Of a stretch of DNA of 64,000 nt, positions 1 through 11,710 are shown piece after piece. The position numbers were made by a program, and so were the translations under genes. Position 1 is the stretch's first letter; the number at the start of each line of letters is the position of its first letter. Under the pieces are notes generated by a model. The model was not told the DNA's origin and searched no databases. It was given only the letters and a program-made list of their open reading frames with translations. The DNA is from an uncultured Nitrososphaerales archaeon. GTDB lineage: Archaea > Thermoproteota > Nitrososphaeria > Nitrososphaerales > Nitrososphaeraceae. The DNA is taken from positions 32,001-96,000 of the forward strand of contig CAVOHZ010000010.1 in assembly GCA_963695855.1 (NCBI GenBank), read 5' to 3'.

Positions 1-280
1 AAATGTAACAAGAAATTAGAATGGGTGTTTTTTTACACCAACAATTTTTTTTATTTTATTTTATTTTATTTTATTTTTTTATATCATCAAAAATTTAAAG
101 TCTATTTCAAAATCATTTTCTTTAAACAATTATACAAATACATAATCACGAAAAACTAAGATAATTCTCTTTTTTTCATTTCATCCCATGTTAATAATTT
201 TCTGAATCTCTTAATTCTTGTACTCGCAATTTTTTTCGGAAAGTCTTATTGAATATTTTAGCCTCAATTTCGTACATTAG

Positions 281-672
281 CCTGTAAGGAAAACATCTAT
301 GCAGACATAAAAATAACTGGTTTCATCCGACTCCGTTCTGGCTTATCCAAAACAAATACAGAGAATTTCCAGGATGATAGCTCTTCCTTGATAAAGCAGA
401 ACAGAAATACAAGTGTAAAAAAAGTCTTTGATTTTTTTGATAGACATAAAAATAATTTGATACCGATATTTCTTCCAGCAAAATTTCCTAAATTTGTGGT
501 ACTGAAAGAAATATAGAATATATCTAACAACCATCTACTATTCCGATAATATTATTCATCACTTACAGAATTCAGAAATAAATTGTACACATATTTAAGA
601 ACAGAAAGATCTAACCTGGCGATGGGTAACTATATTTTGGATAACGTCATCAAACCTATACCAATTGATATA
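281..672 (+). mobile_element. Degraded IS630-family transposase remnant (3' end)
   Basis: + strand reads LIPIFLPAKFPKFVVLKEI*NISNNHLL..YYSSLTEFRNKLYTYLRTERSNLAMGNY, homologous to the IS630 C-terminus at 25290-25490; ends in tataccaattgatata, resembling the IS630 TIR. Confidence 0.75.
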
Positions 673-827
673 GATAAACCATAAAAATTACTCTATAAAT
701 AGATAGATAGGGTAAATTTTACATTCTTATAAAGATAATATCATATATAATAGTAAAGTTCTCTTTACTGAATAGTTATCTTATGAAGACCTGTACATTT
801 TTAAGAGCACAATAAGCGATCCGTTAC

Positions 828-1460
828 GTGAATGCTATATTATTCGTTTTATCAATAGCAATAATCGTATCTGTATTCCCTTTATTTACAACAGGTGCGA
901 ATGCCCAATGGACAATACCTTCCCAGGACCTGAGCCAAAACCAAAACGTAAAGACTTCTACCTATGAAAATAGTGATTCAAGCATCAAGATAGATTATCC
1001 CTCTGATTGGTACTATCTTGAAAAATCAGGTTCAGATATAGAGTTCTATCCATCGACAGCGGCAGCAGCATCTGGAACGACACCAGCAACTGCAGGCGCT
1101 GCAACAACAACAGGAGGCTCTACAACTGGACAATCAGACGCAACCATAAAACTGACTGTAACACCTCTTAACTCAAATCCTGTTTCAATAAATTCCATCG
1201 TAGATGAAACTTTAAAGGATAAAAGCAAAACACTTGAAAATTTCTTATTACTTGATTCTGCCATTATTCCGGATTCTAAAGATAAAGTAACACAAAAACT
1301 AATCTATTCTTATACTGGACCAGATAATTCAAAGATTGTTCAACTAGATTATGGAACTATTAAAGACAACAAATTGTATCTTTTGTCCTTTATTGCAGAT
1401 ACAAAAAAATTCTATGATTATGTTCATGTAGCAGATAGCAATGATGGCTTCTCTAAGTGA
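828..1460 (+). CDS. Secreted PsbP-like domain protein; probable N-terminal half of a PsbP-like/DsbA fusion (frameshift near 1440)
   Basis: Signal peptide; TYENSDSSIKIDYPSDW ... KDNKLYLLSF pattern typical of PsbP-related domains; overlaps the next ORF, and removing one A at about 1440 gives HVADS-MMASLSDY. Confidence 0.65.
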   Translation: MNAILFVLSIAIIVSVFPLFTTGANAQWTIPSQDLSQNQNVKTSTYENSDSSIKIDYPSDWYYLEKSGSDIEFYPSTAAAASGTTPATAGAATTTGGSTTGQSDATIKLTVTPLNSNPVSINSIVDETLKDKSKTLENFLLLDSAIIPDSKDKVTQKLIYSYTGPDNSKIVQLDYGTIKDNKLYLLSFIADTKKFYDYVHVADSNDGFSK

Positions 1461-2073
1461 TTATACAAAACAAGCAGCTTTATCTAAATATATACCGCAA
1501 CTATTAAATCCAGTCTCTGATATGGTAAAACCTCTTGGAGATCCAAATGCCGATGTCACCTTAGTTGAATTTGCAGATTATAGGTGTCCTTTCTGTGATA
1601 AGTTTCATAAAGAATCTTTTGATAAAATAAAGACAAACTTTTTAGATACTGGAAAGGTGAAATTTGTGTTTAAAGATTTTGTTGTAAACGACAGGGGAGA
1701 ATATAAAGGATCAGCGCAGGGATCAATAGCAACTTATTGTGCTGCTGAACAGGGCAAATATTGGGAACTTTCAAATGAGATATTTAAAAATTTTAAACCA
1801 GAACCACAGCATTGGATTACTATAGACTCTCTAACACAATTTGCAAAGAATATACAGATTCAGGATATTGAGAAATTCAAAAGTTGTGTAGAGTCTAACA
1901 AATACAATGATATTATACAAACAAACAAAATACTTGCAGCAAGTCTCGGTCTGACTGGGACTCCTTCCTTTGCAGTCCTCAAAGGTGATAAACTTCAGAC
2001 CATCCTGCCTGGAGCAATTCCATACCCGGTCTTTGAAAGTACTTTAACTGCTTTAAGTGCTTTACAAGGATAG
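1441..2073 (+). CDS. DsbA/BdbD-like thioredoxin-fold disulfide oxidoreductase
   Basis: LGDPNADVTLVEFADYRCPFC, AAEQGKYW and GLTGTPSF motifs. Confidence 0.9.
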   Translation: MMASLSDYTKQAALSKYIPQLLNPVSDMVKPLGDPNADVTLVEFADYRCPFCDKFHKESFDKIKTNFLDTGKVKFVFKDFVVNDRGEYKGSAQGSIATYCAAEQGKYWELSNEIFKNFKPEPQHWITIDSLTQFAKNIQIQDIEKFKSCVESNKYNDIIQTNKILAASLGLTGTPSFAVLKGDKLQTILPGAIPYPVFESTLTALSALQG

Positions 2074-2372
2074 TACTTTTTTTTATTTTCATTTTTTGGA
2101 TACAAAAATAATATTTTTCTAATAATGGTAATCAATTCATAAAATTAAGAAGAGAGAATTAATAGAGAATTATATTATATAACAAAAATAAGATATATTG
2201 AAATATATAATATATCGAGATGTTATATAAGTACCATAGTTAATACAAAATAATTATTATTTTTTTTACTTAATAGAAACTTTACTAAATAACTATAATA
2301 AAAAATCAGACTATAATATGTATATTATAATCCTGCAAACTTCTGAAATATTAAAACATTACAAATCTGATC

Positions 2373-4828
2373 ATGCACAAGTCAGTAATAAAGGTAGTAT
2401 TCTTGGCAGCCATTTTGATCGCTGGTACAATTACTATCGCATCACCGAGCCTAATAGATGATGTTCAAGCTTCCAGCGACAAAAAGGATAAGAAACGAGA
2501 TTCTCATGATAGAGATGATAAACAAAGAGATTCTCATGATAGAAAAGATAAAAAGAATCCATATGATCCTTATAAGAAGTCATATAATGACAGAGATCCG
2601 TACATGAAAGATCAATATGCCCAAGATCCCTACAAGAAATCATATGATGACAGCAAATCATACCAAAAAGACCCATATGCTAAAGACCCATATTCTAGTG
2701 GAGATCAATACAAAAAAGACCCATATGCTAAAGACCCATATTCTAGTGGAGATCAATACAAAAAAGACCCATATCCAAAAGATGACTATATGAAATCATA
2801 CGAAGACCCATACAAGAAATCATACGAAGACCCATATGCTAAAGACCCATATGCTAAAGATGATTCATGAAACATATGATGACCAAAAATCATACCAAAA
2901 AGACCCATATGCTAAAGACCCATATTCTATGAAACGATATGATGACCAAAAATCATACAAAAAAGACCCATATGCTAAAGACCCATATTCTAGTGGAGAT
3001 CAATACAAAAAAGACCCATATCCAAAAGATGACTATATGAAATCATACGAAGACCCATACAAGAAATCATATGAAGACCCATACAAAAAACCATATGAAG
3101 ACCCATATTCTAGTGGAGATCAATACAAAAAAGACCCATATGCTAAAGACCCATATTCTATGAAGACCCATACAAGAAATCATACGAAGACCCATATGCT
3201 AAAGATGATTCTATGAAACGATATGATGACCAAAAATCATACCAAAAAGACCCATATGCTAAAGACCCATACAAGAAATCATACGAAGACCCATACAAGA
3301 AATCATACGAAGACCCATACAAGAAATCATACGAAGACCCATACAAGAAATCATACGAAGACCCATACAAGAAATCATACGAAGACCCATACAAGAAATC
3401 ATACGAAGACCCATACAAGAAATCATACGAAGACCCATACAAGAAATCATACGAAGACCCATACAAGAAATCATACGAAGACCCATACAAGAAATCATAC
3501 GAAGACCCATACAAGAAATCATACGAAGACCCATACAAGAAATCATATGATGACAGCAAATCATACCAAAAAGACCCATATGCTAAAGACCCATATGCTA
3601 AAGACCCATATGCTAAAGACCATCTTATGGAAGTGATCAATACCAAAAAGACCCATATGCTAAAGACCATATGCTAAAGACCGATATGCTGAAAGAATCA
3701 TACCAAAAAGACCCATATGCTAAAGACCCATCTATGCATAGATGACCCATATACTAAAGACCCATATGCTAAAGACCAATCTTATGGAAGTGATCAATAC
3801 AAAAAAGACCCATATGCTAAAGACCCATATGCTAAAGACCAATCTTATGGAAGTGATCAATACAAAAAAGACCCATATGCTAAAGACCCATATGCTAAAG
3901 ACCATATGACGGAAGAGATCAATACAAAAATAGATCCATATGCCAAGAGATGACTCATATGAAATCATATTATGACCAATACAAGAAACCATATGACGGA
4001 AGAGATCAATACAAAAATAATCCATATCCAAGAGATGACTATATGAAACCACATGATGATCCATACAAGAAACCATATGACGGAAGAGATCAATACAAAA
4101 ATAATCCATATCCAAGAGATGACTATATGAAACCACATGATGATCCATACAAGAAACCATATGACGGAAGAGATCAATACAAAAATAATCCATATCCAAG
4201 AGATGACTATATGAAACCACATGATGATCCATACAAGAAACCATATGACGGAAGAGATCAATACAAAAATAATCCATATCCAAGAGATGACTATATGAAA
4301 CCACATGATGATCCATACAAGAAACCATATGACGGAAGAGATCAATACAAAAATAATCCATATCCAAGAGATGACTATATGAAACCACATGATGATCCAT
4401 ACAAGAAACCATATGACGGAAGAGATCAATACAAAAATAATCCATATCCAAGAGATGACTATATGAAACCACATGATGATCCATACAAGAAACCATATGA
4501 CGGAAGTAATACCTCTGACAATCATCAAAAAACATCAATCTATTCAATGGGGGATAGCACTACAAAAAAGACCGACAAAACATTGTCGACCAGCTTGAGT
4601 GATTATCTAAAGGGCGATGGTTCTAAATCTCAACCTACAAAAATGTCAGTAGACAAAAATAACATCGTGAAAAATACAAAAATGTCAGTAGACAAAAATA
4701 ACATCGTGAAAAACTCATCTTTAAAGAAAAGTAGCAACAATTCACCGAAGCATATTGTCAAAAACAATGTGGAAACTCCAGGATCATCTTCGATAAACGT
4801 ACCCTCAATGTTATCACTAGGGCCCTAA
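2373..4828 (+). CDS. Secreted Tyr/Lys/Asp/Pro-rich tandem-repeat protein (one gene broken into several ORFs by indels)
   Basis: Signal peptide MHKSVIKVVFLAAILIAGTITIASP; DPYAK / YKKSYEDP / YKKPYDGRDQYKNNPYPRDDYMKPHDDP repeats continue across ORFs 2373, 2836, 3213, 3717 and 3950; U-rich terminator after 4828. Confidence 0.75.
3264..3548 (+). repeat. 24-bp tandem repeat (YKKSYEDP), 11 perfect copies plus a partial
   Basis: gacccatacaagaaatcatacgaa repeated head-to-tail with no spacers. Confidence 0.95.
3980..4504 (+). repeat. 84-bp tandem repeat (28 aa), 6 copies plus a partial
   Basis: YKKPYDGRDQYKNNPYPRDDYMKPHDDP x6, identical at DNA level. Confidence 0.95.
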
Positions 4829-5044
4829 AATAACCAATAACCTTTTCTTTTTTTATTTGTATTACTTTATTTTAAATTAAAAGACTATTCTTTTATTCAT
4901 AATCTTTAATAAAAGGATATGTAACAGTTTTCTAAATTGACGCTTTATATTAAATATCTTTACGCAATACGTGTCTAACTTATAAATTTATTTATATTCA
5001 ATTAGTATTATATTCAGGTCTTAGTAAAAAGGTTCAGTTAACTT

Positions 5045-5890
5045 AGACCCTATCCCAAAATAGATAGGAATATAGCTCATTGGTTTCTTATCATATCTGA
5101 TAATGTTTAAGATTAAAAAATATGTTAGAACAATTATACGTATTCCAGATGATTTATGGAATGAAATTAAAAATATTTGACCTAATGAGAAACCAGTGAA
5201 TACAATAGGCCGTCCAAATGTTCCATGCAGAAAAGTACTTGATGGTATCATGTTTGTCTTGAGGCTGGATGTTAGTGGAAAATGTTACCCAAAGAATATC
5301 GTTCTGGTTCAACTTGCCATGGAAGATTTCAGGAATGGAGACAGTCATGGTATATTTGAAAAATTATGGGCAAGATTATTAAAAATATACGATAACAATA
5401 TAGGAATCAAATGGAACTGGCAGTCTCTTTCTTGACAGCATATCAGTAAAATCACCTTTAGGGGGCGATGACTGGTCATAATCCTACTACAAAAGATAGG
5501 AGTAAATTAGGAACCAAAAGACATATTCTAACAGATAAAGATGGTTTTCCATTGTCTGCAGTAATAACATCTGCAAAATACTCATGATGTTACTGTTGCA
5601 ATTGATACAGTTGATAGCATGGATATCAAAAGAAGACAGTCTTAGAAACTAATTCATAGAAAGAAGAAGAAGAAGCAAAATCTCTATCTTGATAAAGCAC
5701 ATCATTCCAAGAACAAATATTTTGTAGAAAACATCCTGCAGCAAGAAGATGGGTAGAACGGACAAATTCATGGCATAACAGATTTAGGAAATTATTTACA
5801 AGGTATGAAAAGAGGGATGAGAACTATCTTGGTCTTGTAAAGTTAGCAAATAGTATAATTGTTTACAGGAGGATAATTTTGGGATAGGCT
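5045..5890 (+). mobile_element. IS5-family element, transposase pseudogenised
   Basis: TIRs cctatcccaaaat / attttgggatagg; fragments IPDDLWNEIK, GRPNVPCRKVLDGIMFVLR, DRSKLGTKRHILTDKDG, RWVERTNSWHNRFRKLFTRYEK. Confidence 0.85.
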
Positions 5891-6210
5891 GTTAAAGTAA
5901 ATAATAGAGAATACAGGTTTTTAAATATACTCAGTACGCATTAAGACAAATATTTCATACAATTAGTAGATCTGCGCTGCTTATTTCAATTTAGGATTGG
6001 AAGATAAATAAAATTTAAATAATTTATAGTCATTAAATGTAATTAATGATATTTACAATTATATAGCGAAGACCAAACATATTGTAAAAAACCATTAATC
6101 TAGCGAACTAGCTTACTACTAACGATGATAAAGTGATTACTTGCTATCACTATGAACTATTACAAAAAATGAAAATGAAATCAATGCTTCTACGATTCAC
6201 AGAAAAGACA

Positions 6211-6850
6211 TTACGAAAAATTATCTGATATATTTCCCCCAGAGAGTGATTTAAAACTCGTTAACGCATATTCATCATCTGGATATTTATTCAAAATATC
6301 TTTGAATATCTTGATAGCTTCTTCCAACTTACCCAGCTTCATCATCGCAGTTGCCTTGTTGTCAAGCGCAGATTGATACTCAGGGTCTATTTCAAGAGCT
6401 TTATCTATATAACTTAGTAGATTCAGAAAAGTTCCCCAATTGAAGTAAAGAATAACCTATGTTGTTCCATGCCCATTTGTGTTCAGGATCCTTTTCTATG
6501 ACATTATTAAAAACCTCAATTGCCTGTGAGTAGTTGCCTATATCCCTAAGAACATATGCTTTACTGTTCAAAGCCTCGATAAAATTAGGATCTATTGAAA
6601 TGGCTCTATCAAAAGCTGCTATTGCACCTGTATAGTTTCCATGGTCAGCATAAAATCTTCCAAGATTATACCATATGCCCTTTGGTGTATCCATCTTGAT
6701 GGTGTTAACTTTGTTTTCTTCCTTGCTATCATTTGAATGAAAAAATGCATAACTATTAGACACATATAAATTAGAAGATACAAGAGCAACCAAAAAAAAT
6801 GAAAAATACAGGGTGGATAATATGATGGATTTTTCTCTAAATTTGTTCAT
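6211..6850 (-). CDS. Secreted/membrane-anchored TPR-repeat protein (frameshift near 6410)
   Basis: TPRs WYNLG..AIAAFDRAISIDP and ALNSKAYVL; other frame continues DKALEIDPEYQSALDNKATAMMKLGKLEEAIK to a stop at 6211. Confidence 0.8.
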
Positions 6851-6984
6851 AGTAATACTGTGCCTGACGGTTTTTATAGATAGATACTATAAAAATTTTA
6901 ATATATATAGATTAAAAAATAAATATTTAGTCAAGATCCAATCCCAGAAAAGAAATTTCAGAGATAAAATATAGATTGAGTAAT

Positions 6985-7554
6985 TTAACCTGTCTTATCT
7001 TCGTTAAAAATGATTATAGTTGAATCAATTTCTGAACTGAGTTTTCGTAACGTCCCTGATGTTTTAAGGGTAGTTATGAGGGGTTTACACATGGAGAGTG
7101 TAAATAAAAGTTTGTCGATAGCATTTAGATTACATTTTACAACAAAGATATCGTTAATTTTTATTTTTTTTACTCGAATTATCTGAATATTTGATTTTTC
7201 TAATTCTATAAATCCAAACAGTTCCGAAAAGCGTTTTTTTATTATCTTTAGCAATATTTTTGAAGGATCAATTGCTTGTTGTTCCTCTTTTTTTAAATTG
7301 AAATTATTCTGTTTATTATATTTCAATTTACTACTATTATTTCTTTGAATTGAGGAAACTGATTGTTGTTGTCGTTGTAGTTGTTTCGTCAGGGCTAAAG
7401 ATTTGGTTTCAACTGTCTTTGACCCGTTGGTAGAGGGCGTCTTTAATTCTTGAGAATTTAAGGAATTTTTGGAAAATAGAGACAGTTTTATGAGCTCCTC
7501 CCTTTTGATTAGAATAGTCAGATATCTTCGTTTTTCCCTACGGCGCAGCATCAT
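6985..7554 (-). CDS. rnp2: RNase P protein Pop5/Rpp14 with a long polar insertion
   Basis: RREKRRYL N-terminus, LFG motif, TLKTSGTLRKL C-terminus; synteny with Rpp30 and rpS3Ae. Confidence 0.8.
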   Translation of the reverse strand: MMLRRREKRRYLTILIKREELIKLSLFSKNSLNSQELKTPSTNGSKTVETKSLALTKQLQRQQQSVSSIQRNNSSKLKYNKQNNFNLKKEEQQAIDPSKILLKIIKKRFSELFGFIELEKSNIQIIRVKKIKINDIFVVKCNLNAIDKLLFTLSMCKPLITTLKTSGTLRKLSSEIDSTIIIFNEDKTG

Positions 7555-8210
7555 AATACACCTTGTTTTTCAAAAATAGCCACCCATTTAGAACCTTCCA
7601 ATATTTTTGAGGTTCTATATCACATACTTTTAAAGTGGCTTCAAAAGAATTTTCCCCTATCATTTCAAATTTTGAATTAGCCCCACTGGAAATAATTAAT
7701 TGATTGTTGGTTAATTCGCAGAATTTGTATACGTCTTTTATACACCTTATCCATCTCCCAATATCGTTTGCATAAATTGAATCGCGAATATCCTTTATTT
7801 TTATCTCTATACCGATATTTTTTCTGTTTAATCTTTTTAACTGTTTTATTACATCAATGTAATCCCTATATTCTTTTAAACAAAAAATGTCAAACTGTAC
7901 TGGTTTGGAACTTAATAATTTATCAACTTCTTCAAGTATAATCAAGTAATTGACAGAAATAGGTTTATCTGGTTTTTCCTTTAGTCTATAAATAATACTT
8001 ACTTGAGAATTTATTTTATTTTTATTTGATTTTCTATGTTCTTGGTTCTCAGGTGGGTAAGTACCATTATCGATAGCTTTCTCTACATCAATGACATCAT
8101 AACTGTTATCTGTATTACAGTCTATTCCAATTATGTCTAAATTGTGTATCTTTTTAAATTGAACTATTTTTTCTGCAGGTAAATTTAAACATAAATCTAC
8201 TTTTCTGAAA
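7538..8210 (-). CDS. rnp3: RNase P protein Rpp30-like (PHP fold); true start upstream of the ORF call
   Basis: LIISSGANSKFEM motif; frame open upstream through RKVDLCLNLP to about 8210 with no ATG (non-canonical start, position approximate). Confidence 0.65.
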
Positions 8211-8742
8211 ATTGTATCAACCTCCTATACAAAAGGTAAATCTCATTTTCTACCCTGTTACTCCTTTTCAGTTCAATTATTTTATTTTTATTGGGTTTGA
8301 ATTTAATTTTTATACCTTCGTTTTCTGTCAGAGAAATCTTGTATTTACATGTTTTTTGTTTATCTACTCTCAAAAATAGATTTCCTTTTTCATCTATATG
8401 GTTTTCAAGATTGTTCAGTAAAGCATCTCTTTCTACAAAAGAAATGGCTCCCAGGATTTTTTTAATCAAAGATAAACTTTCTTTTTTGTTTATGATGGCT
8501 GTAAGTTTTAGTATTTTGTTACCCCAATGTCCTTCATATTCTGTTTCTTGAAATTTTTCCTGCGGTATCAGGAGAATTTTGAATATTGAATCCAAAATTT
8601 TTGACTTGTCCTCTGTCGCATGACAAACCAAATCGATTTGTGAATTTAAAAACTCTATATCGGTGTAGATCTTGCCATAACTATTTTTTGTTTTTCCGTT
8701 ATTTTCATTTTGATTTGTGTTTATCTGGATTTTCATGTGCAA
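8197..8742 (-). CDS. Archaeal RNA-binding protein (DUF54/COG1325, exosome-associated)
   Basis: HATED..KI, GHWGNKI and LFLRVDKQ motifs. Confidence 0.85.
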   Translation of the reverse strand: MHMKIQINTNQNENNGKTKNSYGKIYTDIEFLNSQIDLVCHATEDKSKILDSIFKILLIPQEKFQETEYEGHWGNKILKLTAIINKKESLSLIKKILGAISFVERDALLNNLENHIDEKGNLFLRVDKQKTCKYKISLTENEGIKIKFKPNKNKIIELKRSNRVENEIYLLYRRLIQFSEK

Positions 8743-8836
8743 TAATATTGAGAAATAAATAGAACCTAAGAATCTTTAAAGATTTTTTAACACAATGATA
8801 AAATCAAAATAAAAAATAAGGTTGACCTGCTTATTA

Positions 8837-9595
8837 TCAAGCTGCTGCTACCGATTCGATTACAGGAGATTGATCAGCATTATCATTGGCAGCAATAACA
8901 GAATTGGTAGACTCACTACTACTAGTACTAGTAGTAGTAGTGGTAGTAGTGGTAGTAGACATAACAGTTCTCTCTATTGGTTTTGCATCGTGAATTGACC
9001 TTGATTCTGGTGTAGATACCAATCTAGATTTTTTGAAACCAATATGACGTATGAAACCTATTTTTTTTGCCTCAGCCAAGAGATCTTTACTTAAACTTCC
9101 AATAGTAATTTCCTGGATAAATTGATCAACTGTGAGTTGGGACACTTTTTCTGTCAAAAACTTGTCTATCAATAGTCTTATTTCATGCTTTGACGAGGTG
9201 TTCATTCTTCTTTGTGACAAAGTTACGATAGACAATCTAAAGGTATGTCCATCTATAGTAGTATAATTTTTAATAAAGTTAATCATAGAACTTCCTCTTC
9301 TTATTAGACTCCTTAGGTACTCTTTTGCGTATTCATGACCCACAAATTTTGTGCTGGATGAAGCAGTAGTTACTTTATCCAATTGAAGAAAAACTTTAAT
9401 CTGATGTTGTGTTGGATCTTGTTTATAGATGTCAAATAGAGTATTCTCTATGATACGACCGTTACTTGCATCTACATCTGTAACGGGTAAATAATTAATG
9501 GGATTGCCACCAAAGGCGACTGGAGCATTAACTATAATCCATTTTTTATCCTTCCATTTATCCCGGACTCTACCTCTTTTAGAAGCTTTTACCAA
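8837..9595 (-). CDS. rps3ae: 30S ribosomal protein S3Ae with Thr/Ser-rich C-terminal tail
   Basis: RVRDKWKDKKW, GHEYAKEYLRSLIRRGSS. Confidence 0.95.
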   Translation of the reverse strand: MVKASKRGRVRDKWKDKKWIIVNAPVAFGGNPINYLPVTDVDASNGRIIENTLFDIYKQDPTQHQIKVFLQLDKVTTASSSTKFVGHEYAKEYLRSLIRRGSSMINFIKNYTTIDGHTFRLSIVTLSQRRMNTSSKHEIRLLIDKFLTEKVSQLTVDQFIQEITIGSLSKDLLAEAKKIGFIRHIGFKKSRLVSTPESRSIHDAKPIERTVMSTTTTTTTTTSTSSSESTNSVIAANDNADQSPVIESVAAA

Positions 9596-10077
9596 TAGAT
9601 CTCGACTTTACAAAATATATTAATTAGTTATATAAGTTTATGGTGATTTTAGATCGCTTGGTGATATTTTTAAATTTATTAATGTTATTATCTGTGATAT
9701 AGCAATTTAGATAAATAAATAGATAAAATTGCATGAACAACCTTTGAGAGAAGACACTTGTTAAAAACCGAACTCTAACTAGAATATTTTTTATCATTAA
9801 GATGAAGAAGGTTGGAATTTATTTTCGCATATCGTTTTCAATTAAGAAATAGGTATTTTCAAAATTAAAATATATAATACTATCTAAGATAAGAAAAAAT
9901 TCTGCAAGTTTTCAAGAAAATTGTATCATAAAAATTACATTAAAAACAATAATGAATTACAATATAATATTTTAACTGTGAAAATAAAAATAAAGATTTT
10001 TACCTACAAATTACACTAGAATAGCAACTAAGAAATTCTTAGCTTTCTAAATAAATATGGTATTAATTTAACCATCA

Positions 10078-11710
10078 ATGAAAAACTCGCTTATACTTGG
10101 CATTTTTCTTATGAGTAGCTTGATGCTTGGAACTACAAGCATGATGGTTCCTCACGCAATCAATGCACAAGAATATGTTCCGACGCAAAATTTCTATGGG
10201 TATGATGAACAATATGAAAAAAAATATGATCAACAATATGATCAACAATATGACAAAGAAAAATCACCAAAATACAACTATGACAAGAAGAAGGATTATC
10301 CATCCTCAAAACAAGTACTTATTCCTATTCCTGAAGGTCCCCCTGGTCCACAAGGTCCACCAGGACCAACAGGATACCCAGGTCCTGAAGGTCCCGCAGG
10401 TCCGATAGGTCCAATAGGTCCAGCAGGGCCGATAGGTCCAATGGGCCCTGACGGCGAACCAGGTCCTGAAGGTCCACCAGGTCCGATAGGTGAAATCGGG
10501 TATCCGGGTCCTGCAGGTCCACCAGGCCCGATAGGTTATCCAGGCAAACCAGGTCCACCAGGTCCACCAGGTCCACCAGGTCTAACAGGTTACCCAGGCA
10601 AACAAGGTCCACCAGGTTTGCAAGGACTTAAGGGCGATAAGGGAGATCAAGGTCCACCAGGTCTAACAGGTTCACCAGGTTTGCAAGGACTTAAGGGCGA
10701 TAAGGGAGATCAAGGTTCACCAGGTTTGCAAGGACTTAAGGGCGATAAGGGAGATCAAGGTTCACCAGGTCTGACAAGTCTCGTAGCGGGTCAAGGTTCA
10801 ACAGGTGAATGTGAACAATGTTTTCTTTATTACCTGAATTTCTTGACATCAAAGAAAGATGGTAACGATAAAGAATTGGTCAATGTATTTGCAGATCTGC
10901 TTGGAGTACAGATTCCCCAAAATAGTGTGCAAACGCCTGTAGATAAAGAAATAGTTTCAGTCGTTGACTTATGGGATTTGGCTGAAAAATTTGAATCAAA
11001 CCTTTCTCAATTGAAGGATAACCAGCAAAGACTGTCTTTTCTAGAAACTTTACAGGCAGCTGTATTAAATGAGGTATCTGATGAGGAGAAACCAGTAGCT
11101 AATTCTATAATTGAGTGTATAATAGACAGGTTGTTAATAGACGGCAAACAAACTCAAAGCTTATTCTCATCAAGCGCTCTTAAAAAACAGAGTAGCAGTA
11201 ATGATAACCAAGCAGGTGAAGATAGCAAATTAACCCAGATGAACAACGACCAAAGAGTATTCAAAAAACAGAGTAGCAGTAATGATAACCAAGCAGGTGA
11301 AGATAGCAAATTAACCCAGATGAACAACGACCAAAGAGTATTCGAAAAACAGAGTAGCAGTAATGATAACCAAGCAGGTGAAGATAGCAAATTAACCCAG
11401 ATGAACAACGACCAACAAAATAAAGAATACAAAAGAAATAAAGAATGCGCAACAAAACCAACAAATCTTAAGCCAAATTGAGAAAAGTCAAAAGAATGGT
11501 ATGAAGATAATTCAGTTGAATAATGACAATACAGTAAACAAGGGACAAATACAAGAAAATCAACAAAAGCAACAACCACTAAACCAAGTTGAGAAAAGCG
11601 ATAAAGAGCAGATAATAAAACAGACAACAAAATTGCAAAAAGAGTCAAACCCAAAAGTACCCAGCATCCTTCCAATTCAAATTTTACCTCAGTTCAATCC
11701 TACAAAATAG
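10078..11710 (+). CDS. Secreted collagen-like protein (probable frameshift in A-run near 11418; continues in ORF 11501-11710)
   Basis: Signal peptide, YD-rich segment, about 48 Gly-X-Y triplets, [12 protein letters not shown] domain, 3 x 27-aa repeats, Gln-rich tail. Confidence 0.85.
11182..11415 (+). repeat. 81-bp tandem repeat, about 3 copies
   Basis: [23 protein letters not shown] x3. Confidence 0.9.

Noticed and set aside
46-80. (TTATT)n microsatellite
   Set aside because: Most likely a U-rich terminator-type tract, common in this genome.
3264-4504. Regular repeats as a CRISPR array
   Set aside because: Head-to-tail repeats with no unique spacers, unit lengths are multiples of 3 inside a coding frame, and there are no cas genes.
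3158-4547. Antisense and alternate-frame repeat ORFs (YGSSYDFL, MISCMGLR, KTHTRNHT, WIIMWFH...)
   Set aside because: Shadows of the stop-free tandem repeats; only the YKKSYEDP frame connects to a signal peptide.
4795-4828. Shared C-terminal VPS(M/I)L motif with the collagen tail as a sorting signal
   Set aside because: Only two short instances; cannot be distinguished from chance.
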